Origin: an uncultured virus (IMG/VR IMGVR_UViG_3300025653_003319)
Lineage: Duplodnaviria; Heunggongvirae; Uroviricota; Caudoviricetes
Virus record (IMG/VR): IMGVR_UViG_3300025653_003319
Strand: one strand, 5' to 3'
DNA: 64,000 nucleotides
The notes under the pieces were generated by a model. That model saw nothing but the letters and a program-made list of their open reading frames with translations. It did not search any database and had not been told where the DNA came from. The position numbers and the translations under genes are program-made. Within the stretch, counting starts at the first letter, position 1. Every line of letters begins with the position of its first letter. This document shows positions 57,682-64,000 of the stretch, piece by piece.

Positions 57682-60678
57682 TTAACCACCGTCACTATTA
57701 TTAAGTCTATCTATTGATAGGGGATTTACATATCCGGCTGTCGCTAAGTCAGATTCAGTAAAAGTTAAATTGTTTATTGCATTCTCTAACGGATCACCTG
57801 AGTCAAGAACCAATTTGCCGTTTTCATCAAACTGTAATTTAGACGCATCTAAAGATGCTGATATTTGCTCCTCTAAGTGTTCCTCTGCCTCTATTTCTTC
57901 GGCACTTTTTGGAAATTGTCCTTTATAAATTGTTCTATAACATTGTAGAGTTTGTCTAAACTGTCCACCATTAAAGTTATGAAGTACTTTGTAAGGGAAA
58001 AACGTTCCTGAGAAAGAGTTGTCCATGGATAGATCATTTATTTCTCCAGTATGCCTGCTTGGATCATCATGCCATGTATCGTATTCTCTTGGAAACAAAT
58101 ATGTAAAGAAAAAGCCTACTTCGCCTATTCCGTATGGTGCAATATTTTCTTTTATAGACTGTTCGCGTACTTTACCTATATCTGTTTGCAGTGAACCTAA
58201 ATATTCATTGCCTGGCTTGTGAATAAATACATTGTTTACTTTTGGTGCTTCTTTGCCAAGCCAATAAGGATCTCCTTTGATAGTTAATTCCATTTGTACT
58301 AAGTATGGTGCACCCAATTGGCTATTTGACAAAGCCGTTGTAAAAATACTTTTATTTGCAAATTTAGAGTTTGGACCTACTAGTGTTTTTATTTTTGGAT
58401 CATATTCACCAAAAGGTAAATTCTCACCATGGGTGTTTTGAGAACCATATCCTGCTTGATCAAATTCAAATTCTTCCATATATATAGAATTAAAATTTTC
58501 TACCACAGAGTTCTGAACAGTACCAGGGCCTACTCCAGTGGAGAATCCTGCAGGAACTGTAATGGAATTAAGTTCTTTGGTAAATTCGCTCATTTTTTCT
58601 TTGGCGTCATCTAACAATGAGCCTGTGTCAATGCCATATTGGTCTAGTCCAAGATCGCCTACTGCACTTTCAATTTCATTAATAAAGCCACTGACTCCTT
58701 CGCTTATTTCATTAAATGCACTATCTATTACTGCAAAAGGAGTAAAAGCATTTGCTGTAATTTTTGCTATCTGTTCGCTAATTTCATTTGATATAATGTC
58801 TTCCACATCAGACTGCAAAGTTGATATTCTGTTTGTGATTGTATCTAAATCTGAGGTCAAGTCTTTTATGGTTTTGGTTTTTTGTAATATTGCAACCGGA
58901 GAACTGGGTAACTTTAAATTGAGTTTTCTAATATTTTTGGAATTTGGTTTTGTAATACCAACTGGACTCAGTCCAGAGGCTACTGCGGCTAAATCTTCTG
59001 TGAGTGTTATAGGCAACTTTGCTAGTGTTGTAAGTAAATTTTTTGCATCTGTGGCAAGTTGTTCAAACTTCTCAAGAATTTGATCTTTTGTAGTAGGCCT
59101 CACTTTACTATTGAAATCGTTAAGTTTATCAGTGCCTGCTGAACTTATTTGTGCGGCTGGCGACTGTGTGTAATTAGTTTGTCGTCCACCTGCAACTGGT
59201 ACTAAATATCTTATACCATTTTCTATTTTTAAATCAACATCAAAAATCTGATCATTAATGCCAGAATATGTATAAGCATAAAGTTTATTAATATTCCTGT
59301 CTTTTGCGGCTTTTACTAATTTAACCTTTTTCTTCTTGTCACCTTTTGTTGTACTGGTTTCTATGTCTAATTCTTTTGCATCTATCACAGATGATGAATC
59401 TAGTTTGCCGGTAAGTACATAAGTATATTCCATTGCTGGTTTTCCAGTCGATGTATACAAGTATTTGTCATCAAATTTTTGCCACGTGTATTCTCTACGA
59501 ATCGCTGGTGTAATATATTGTGTTTTATCTTTATTGAGTTTTTCAGTATCTAATTGTGCTTCGCCTTCATCCATATCATACCTATGATTGGTTTTTGCAT
59601 ATTTGTGATTCATTGAGGCTAAGCCATACATTACAGTATCAACTGGGGTATTTTTTTTGATATGTATTTTAATTTTGGCTTTTTTGCCATCATCGGCTGG
59701 TTTTTCTTCACCGGCTTCTGCGGCCTGTTCAATTCTACCTATAGTTTCATTGCCATCTTCCTCGGTAGTGAGTGTTAAATTTTGCATTGTATCAAAATAT
59801 TCTTTATCAATAGGCATATCTTTAAATATAGTTTTCAATCCAGGAAGTCCAAGAGGATCTAACATGTAGATGCCTTTTTCAATACCTATACTTGGCTTTG
59901 GTTTTTCTAATTCAATATCCCCAGTCTGCGTCTTTTGTAGTTTTTGCATTTGTTTGGTAAAACTCTCAAACAATTCGTTAACTGTGCCTTTGTCACCTGA
60001 TACAATTTTGATATCCTCCGGGACTCTTTGTACTGATGCATCCGCAGATGCAACTACTTCGTCGATTGCAACTGCTTGAATATTATACTCAGAACCTGTT
60101 GGACTTGGATTTACATCAAAATTTATAATTCTTATGGGTATTGCTGTGTGATAAAAAGGCTCAGCATTGTTAATATCGCCAAATAATTTATCATTTTCTG
60201 TTAATTTGTCTTCCTGACCGATCAATTCTATTTCCAAAAGGTACGGCATAGATTGTAAAGGAAATGGGTCACTCTCGCCCAAAGTTTTGTTAAGTTCAAA
60301 TTGAGATCTATTCAGCAAATCAATAAATGACATTCCAAATGGTTCTTTTAAATCAAAATGCATTATGTAATTGTACATTTTATGACCTTTCATTGTTGGA
60401 GGAGGCGATGGATGTACAACAGTACTAATTGATAAATTATCTATTTGAAATTTAGTAACACTTGTTTGTGCAATAATAATCCTGTTACCTTGTTTTAAAT
60501 CTAAATTCACAAGACCATCAGTATAAAAATTAGATGGCAACATACTAAAAGTTAAACGATAAGTGTATGAAGAATATGCATCTGTAGGATTAAATAGGAT
60601 ATTGCTTTGCAATTCTTCTGGCAGTATGTGTTTGAATAGGTTTGGATTAGCAAAATATTCTGATTTTATTTCTGCCAT
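57682..60678 (-). CDS. Putative baseplate hub protein (gp27/VgrG-N-like)
   Basis: Lies between gp53 and gp5; ELTIKGDPYWLG and FSG..KVLHNFNGGQFRQTL at the C-terminus; central helical insert. Confidence 0.55.
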   Translation of the reverse strand: MAEIKSEYFANPNLFKHILPEELQSNILFNPTDAYSSYTYRLTFSMLPSNFYTDGLVNLDLKQGNRIIIAQTSVTKFQIDNLSISTVVHPSPPPTMKGHKMYNYIMHFDLKEPFGMSFIDLLNRSQFELNKTLGESDPFPLQSMPYLLEIELIGQEDKLTENDKLFGDINNAEPFYHTAIPIRIINFDVNPSPTGSEYNIQAVAIDEVVASADASVQRVPEDIKIVSGDKGTVNELFESFTKQMQKLQKTQTGDIELEKPKPSIGIEKGIYMLDPLGLPGLKTIFKDMPIDKEYFDTMQNLTLTTEEDGNETIGRIEQAAEAGEEKPADDGKKAKIKIHIKKNTPVDTVMYGLASMNHKYAKTNHRYDMDEGEAQLDTEKLNKDKTQYITPAIRREYTWQKFDDKYLYTSTGKPAMEYTYVLTGKLDSSSVIDAKELDIETSTTKGDKKKKVKLVKAAKDRNINKLYAYTYSGINDQIFDVDLKIENGIRYLVPVAGGRQTNYTQSPAAQISSAGTDKLNDFNSKVRPTTKDQILEKFEQLATDAKNLLTTLAKLPITLTEDLAAVASGLSPVGITKPNSKNIRKLNLKLPSSPVAILQKTKTIKDLTSDLDTITNRISTLQSDVEDIISNEISEQIAKITANAFTPFAVIDSAFNEISEGVSGFINEIESAVGDLGLDQYGIDTGSLLDDAKEKMSEFTKELNSITVPAGFSTGVGPGTVQNSVVENFNSIYMEEFEFDQAGYGSQNTHGENLPFGEYDPKIKTLVGPNSKFANKSIFTTALSNSQLGAPYLVQMELTIKGDPYWLGKEAPKVNNVFIHKPGNEYLGSLQTDIGKVREQSIKENIAPYGIGEVGFFFTYLFPREYDTWHDDPSRHTGEINDLSMDNSFSGTFFPYKVLHNFNGGQFRQTLQCYRTIYKGQFPKSAEEIEAEEHLEEQISASLDASKLQFDENGKLVLDSGDPLENAINNLTFTESDLATAGYVNPLSIDRLNNSDGG

Positions 60679-60679
60679 A

Positions 60680-60985
60680 TTAATTACCTGCTATCTGTCT
60701 TGCTCGGCTACCTGTGACTAATCTTATAATTGTACCTTCTTTGAAATCTTGTATAGGATCTTTTATTATTTCTGGATTACTTAGTACCAATATCCACCAT
60801 AACTCAGGACTACCAAATTTTTCAAATGCAAGTAAGTCAGGCCTACTGGCATATTTTTTAGTAATTAAAAATTTTTGATCACTTACCGTAGATGGTACTG
60901 CAGGTAAATTCATGTAATTTAAACCTGTATAAAACGACATATTTTGTGCGTCTTTTAAAAAACTGTTTTTGTTATATACTGCCAT
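60680..60985 (-). CDS. gp53: Baseplate wedge gp53-like (LysM-type)
   Basis: RPDLLAFEKFGSPELWWILVLSNP..DPI.DF..G..I. Confidence 0.85.
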   Translation of the reverse strand: MAVYNKNSFLKDAQNMSFYTGLNYMNLPAVPSTVSDQKFLITKKYASRPDLLAFEKFGSPELWWILVLSNPEIIKDPIQDFKEGTIIRLVTGSRARQIAGN

Positions 60986-61725
60986 TAAATAAATCCTATA
61001 TTTCCGCCTTTTTTCATTTGATCAAGGTCAAATAATCTTCGCTGTCTTCTAGGCGAGTATTGCACCATTAGTGTAATTGTCATTTGTAAGTCTGTTGGTA
61101 CATAAGTTACTCCTGCGGCTTCTCCGGCATTATTTTCTGTAGTCCCATCTGTAGTTGTTTGTGTTTTAAATGCACTAACAAATTTTCCGTTAGTTTTTAT
61201 AATATTATGTTGTACTGGTATGTAGTCTACATTATTTTCCATAATAAAGTTGACGTCATTAATAACAACTGGTACTCTGTCGTATCCATGGGGGCCTAAA
61301 TAACTAAATTCTAAAACAGGCGGCGGTGCACCAAATTTATTAGATGATACTGCCGCTTCACCAAAGTTTGCTTTAGTTGTAACTTTTAAAAAGTGCATTA
61401 TTGCTAGTAAATATCGTGCTTCTTCTTGTGTAGTCACTGAATACTGCACCTGTAATGGTATTGTAGGAGGCGAACTCATCATATAAGTATGTAACGGATA
61501 ATTTGTGCCTTGAAATTGCTGTGTATCATACGTTGCACTAAAGGCTATAAAAATACTTGGCTGGTAGTGAAACATAATGCCGCGGTCAGGCTTGAGAGGA
61601 CTCAATATATCAGTCTTTACTAGGCTATCTGGAAAGAATGAATCTTTATTGGCTCGCATAACCTGTAGTCGTGCTCTCCAGTCAATGTCTAGATTACTAT
61701 TTCTTCCTAAATCTGTATTTGCCAT
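60985..61725 (-). CDS. Putative tail tube initiator/baseplate protein (gp48/gp54-like)
   Basis: F.YQPSI, GAPPPVLEFSYLG, VPVVI, YVPT..ITL; first gene of the baseplate operon. Confidence 0.6.
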   Translation of the reverse strand: MANTDLGRNSNLDIDWRARLQVMRANKDSFFPDSLVKTDILSPLKPDRGIMFHYQPSIFIAFSATYDTQQFQGTNYPLHTYMMSSPPTIPLQVQYSVTTQEEARYLLAIMHFLKVTTKANFGEAAVSSNKFGAPPPVLEFSYLGPHGYDRVPVVINDVNFIMENNVDYIPVQHNIIKTNGKFVSAFKTQTTTDGTTENNAGEAAGVTYVPTDLQMTITLMVQYSPRRQRRLFDLDQMKKGGNIGFI

Positions 61726-61745
61726 TCTTTCTCCTAATGTACTAT

Positions 61746-61754
61746 GTATTTATC
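61746..61754 (-). promoter_or_regulatory. Late-promoter-like motif GATAAATAC heading the baseplate operon
   Basis: gtatttatc on the + strand; AGGAG RBS at 61731-61735. Confidence 0.7.
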
Positions 61755-61800
61755 GATATCAATAAACTAGCCGTTATTGGCCAGAATTGGATAATTATAC

Positions 61801-61828
61801 TTGACACTAGAAAAATTTAATGTATAAT
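61801..61828 (+). promoter_or_regulatory. sigma70-type promoter for gp55-gp47-gp46
   Basis: TTGACA 61801-61806, 16-nt spacer, TATAAT 61823-61828; AAGGAG RBS before ATG 61853. Confidence 0.8.
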
Positions 61829-61852
61829 AAAGGTTAATTATAAGGAGACACA

Positions 61853-62701
61853 ATGGTCGCAAAAGTTAAATACTTGAACAACAAAGATTTACTTAAACAA
61901 ATACATCTCAGTAAGATGTCCTTTTGTTGGGTTAAATCACCCCAATACGATTATCCAGACATTATTATTAATTTAGAAGATGAAATTACTGATGCAGTGA
62001 TACTCGAAGCAAAACAAAACAAAGCAGGAAAAATGAAAGATATTGCTTATAAAAAAGCAGTTGAAAATTACGACGGACCTGCTAATAAAAAGCCTAGACA
62101 AAAAGACTTTTTAGTTGCTCTAGAGGATATTGCAGACGAAGATGTAGTAGTAAGGCAAATGACTTACGAGCATATTCCATTAGAGCCAGGCAGAAAAAAG
62201 AATCCTAGAAACGAAGCAGAAACAAAAGCAAAAGCAAACTTTCCACCATTTAAGCATTATGGCTTGATAAACGGTACATGGGAAGAGGTTGCTAGGAGTC
62301 ACTGGAAAGGCGGTCCTAAGAGTGGTAAGTTTTCTGTTGATCATGGTAGCATTACAAACGAATTAGGTAAGATGTACCTTAAGTTAGTAGATAGATATAG
62401 TCAAAGATCTAATTGGAGAGGCTATACTTATGTTGACGAAATGAGAGGACAGGCATTACTACAACTTGCAATGATTGGATTACAATTCAATGAAGCAAAA
62501 TCGGATAATCCATTTGCTTATTATACAGCCGCAATTACAAATAGTTTTACAAGAGTGTTAAACATAGAAAAGAAAAATCAAAACATCAGAGACGACATAT
62601 TAATCGACTCTGGGCACTTACCAAGTTATGGCAGACAGATAGCACACGAAAATGAAATTAAGGCTTTAAGAGAAGCAAAAAATTCAGAATCGGATGCCTA
62701 A
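61853..62701 (+). CDS. gp55: Late-transcription sigma factor, T4 gp55-like
   Basis: YLNNKDLL, NWRGYTYVDEM, FNEAKSDNPFAYYT..NSF; sits upstream of gp47/gp46 as in T4-like phages. Confidence 0.85.
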   Translation: MVAKVKYLNNKDLLKQIHLSKMSFCWVKSPQYDYPDIIINLEDEITDAVILEAKQNKAGKMKDIAYKKAVENYDGPANKKPRQKDFLVALEDIADEDVVVRQMTYEHIPLEPGRKKNPRNEAETKAKANFPPFKHYGLINGTWEEVARSHWKGGPKSGKFSVDHGSITNELGKMYLKLVDRYSQRSNWRGYTYVDEMRGQALLQLAMIGLQFNEAKSDNPFAYYTAAITNSFTRVLNIEKKNQNIRDDILIDSGHLPSYGRQIAHENEIKALREAKNSESDA

Positions 62702-62703
62702 GT

Positions 62704-63717
62704 ATGACAGACAATTTATTTGAAAAAGCAGTTGTCTTTACGGACATACATTACGGACTAAAATCTAATAGTCATCAACACTTAAAAGATTGTAGTAATT
62801 TTGTTGACTGGTTTATTGCTGAGGCAAAAGTCCGCGGTGCTGAAACCTGTTTCTTTTTAGGCGACTGGCATCATCATAGAGCAAGTGTTAATGTAGCAAC
62901 ACTAAATGCTAGTTGGAGAGACCTTAAGAAACTTAACGAAGCATTTAACAAAGTATACTTTATTACAGGTAATCACGATTTATATTACAGAGATAAACGT
63001 GAATTAAACAGCATGGAGTTTGCTAGAGACTTAAACAACTTTGTAATGATAGACGAGTTGTTTGAAGAAGGCAATGTTGGTATTGTACCTTGGTTAGTAG
63101 AAAACGAATACAAGAGAGTTGCTAAAATGCAATGCAAGTATATGTTTGGTCATTTTGAATTACCGTTCTTTAAAATGAATGCAATGATAGAGATGCCAGA
63201 CCACGGTGGCATTAATGCATCAATGTTGCGTAATCCAGAATATGTGTTTAGTGGACACTTTCATAAAAGACAATATGACGAAAACATTCATTATATAGGT
63301 AATGCATTTCCACACAATTACGCAGACGCACAAGACAATGATAGAGGTTACATGTATCTTGAATGGGGCAAGGAACCAGTATATGTAAACTGGCCTGAGT
63401 GTCCTAAGTATGTTACATGCGGACTTGTTGAATTAATTGATGATCCTGCAAAATACTTAGATGCATATACTTATGCAAGAATCAAATTAGATGTTGATAT
63501 CAGTTATGAAGAAGCAACATTCATAAAAGAAAACTTTATGGAAAAATACAAGTGTAGAGAAATACAACTTGTACCTATTAAAGAAGTTGAAGAAGAATAC
63601 GAAGCCGGCGAAATATCATTTGAAAGTGTTGAACAAATTGTTATAAGCCAATTACAAACCATAGAAAGTAATACAATTAACACAGAAAAGTTAATTGACA
63701 TTTACCAAAATTTATAA
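62704..63717 (+). CDS. gp47: Recombination endonuclease gp47 (Mre11/SbcD-like)
   Basis: Metallophosphoesterase motifs TDIHYG, LGDWHH, GNHD, GHFE, SGHFH. Confidence 0.93.
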   Translation: MTDNLFEKAVVFTDIHYGLKSNSHQHLKDCSNFVDWFIAEAKVRGAETCFFLGDWHHHRASVNVATLNASWRDLKKLNEAFNKVYFITGNHDLYYRDKRELNSMEFARDLNNFVMIDELFEEGNVGIVPWLVENEYKRVAKMQCKYMFGHFELPFFKMNAMIEMPDHGGINASMLRNPEYVFSGHFHKRQYDENIHYIGNAFPHNYADAQDNDRGYMYLEWGKEPVYVNWPECPKYVTCGLVELIDDPAKYLDAYTYARIKLDVDISYEEATFIKENFMEKYKCREIQLVPIKEVEEEYEAGEISFESVEQIVISQLQTIESNTINTEKLIDIYQNL

Positions 63718-63720
63718 TAT

Positions 63721-64000
63721 ATGCTTAAATTAAAAAACATCAGTGTAAAGAATTTCATGAGTGTTGGAAACAACGTTCAAGGTGTGCGGTTTGACGACAA
63801 GAACTTAACACTAGTACTAGGTAACAATCTAGACCTAGGTGGTGACGGTAGTAGAAATGGCACAGGTAAGACTACTATTATTAATGCACTCAGTTACGCA
63901 TTATATGGTGAAGCACTTACTAACATTCGTCGCGATAACTTAATTAACAAAACAAATGCCAAGGGCATGATAGTTAGTGTAGACTTTGAACTTAACGGTG
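63721..64000 (+). CDS. gp46: Recombination ATPase gp46 (Rad50/SbcC-like), partial
   Basis: MLKLKNISVKNFMSVGN..RNGTGKTTIINALSYALYG (Walker A); runs off the window end. Confidence 0.92.
   Translation, partial: MLKLKNISVKNFMSVGNNVQGVRFDDKNLTLVLGNNLDLGGDGSRNGTGKTTIINALSYALYGEALTNIRRDNLINKTNAKGMIVSVDFELNG

Noticed and set aside
2280..63701. Many short ORFs antisense to or nested in long genes (e.g. 23547-23981, 36510-37121, 58538-59083, 52195-52593)
   Set aside because: They are shadow frames of well-supported genes, with no RBS or recognisable motifs.
1..64000. CRISPR array, tRNA, rRNA, IS element, integrase or reverse transcriptase/DGR
   Set aside because: No repeat-spacer pattern, cloverleaf or such ORF was seen, and intergenic gaps are very short. 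tRNAscan-SE and Infernal were not run.
1..64000. Stop-codon reassignment as in some jumbo phages
   Set aside because: Genes are full length under the standard code, and TAA, TAG and TGA all end genes at tight junctions.

Overview
AT-rich segment of a large T4-like (jumbo) myophage genome, probably from an aquatic Gram-negative host, read with the standard genetic code. Three modules are visible. (1) 276-20723: a ~20 kb enzyme cluster with a NodU/TobZ-type carbamoyltransferase, a ten-repeat glycosyltransferase-like protein and its single-domain paralog, a SAM methyltransferase, three radical SAM enzymes with N-terminal Twitch domains, several 2OG-Fe(II) oxygenases, two GT8-like enzymes, an SGNH protein, and a COLGALT-like GT25 + PLOD-like GT + lysyl-hydroxylase triple fusion. 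(2) 20760-61725, minus strand: tail fibre and baseplate genes (two chaperone-tipped fibres, a 7093-aa giant protein, gp6, gp25, split gp5/lysozyme, hub, gp53, tube initiator), interrupted by an island with a possible internal head protein, an MTA/SAH nucleosidase and a phage-encoded TonB-dependent receptor. (3) 61853-64000: late sigma factor gp55 and gp47/gp46. A TAAATA late-promoter motif recurs, and five copies (one a TAACTA variant) lie exactly 5 nt upstream of an ATG, suggesting leaderless late mRNAs. Best candidates for an undescribed system: a phage-encoded, collagen-style hydroxylation/glycosylation pathway for virion proteins, and the TonB-receptor/MTAN island. All family calls come from motif recognition by eye; no database searches were run.
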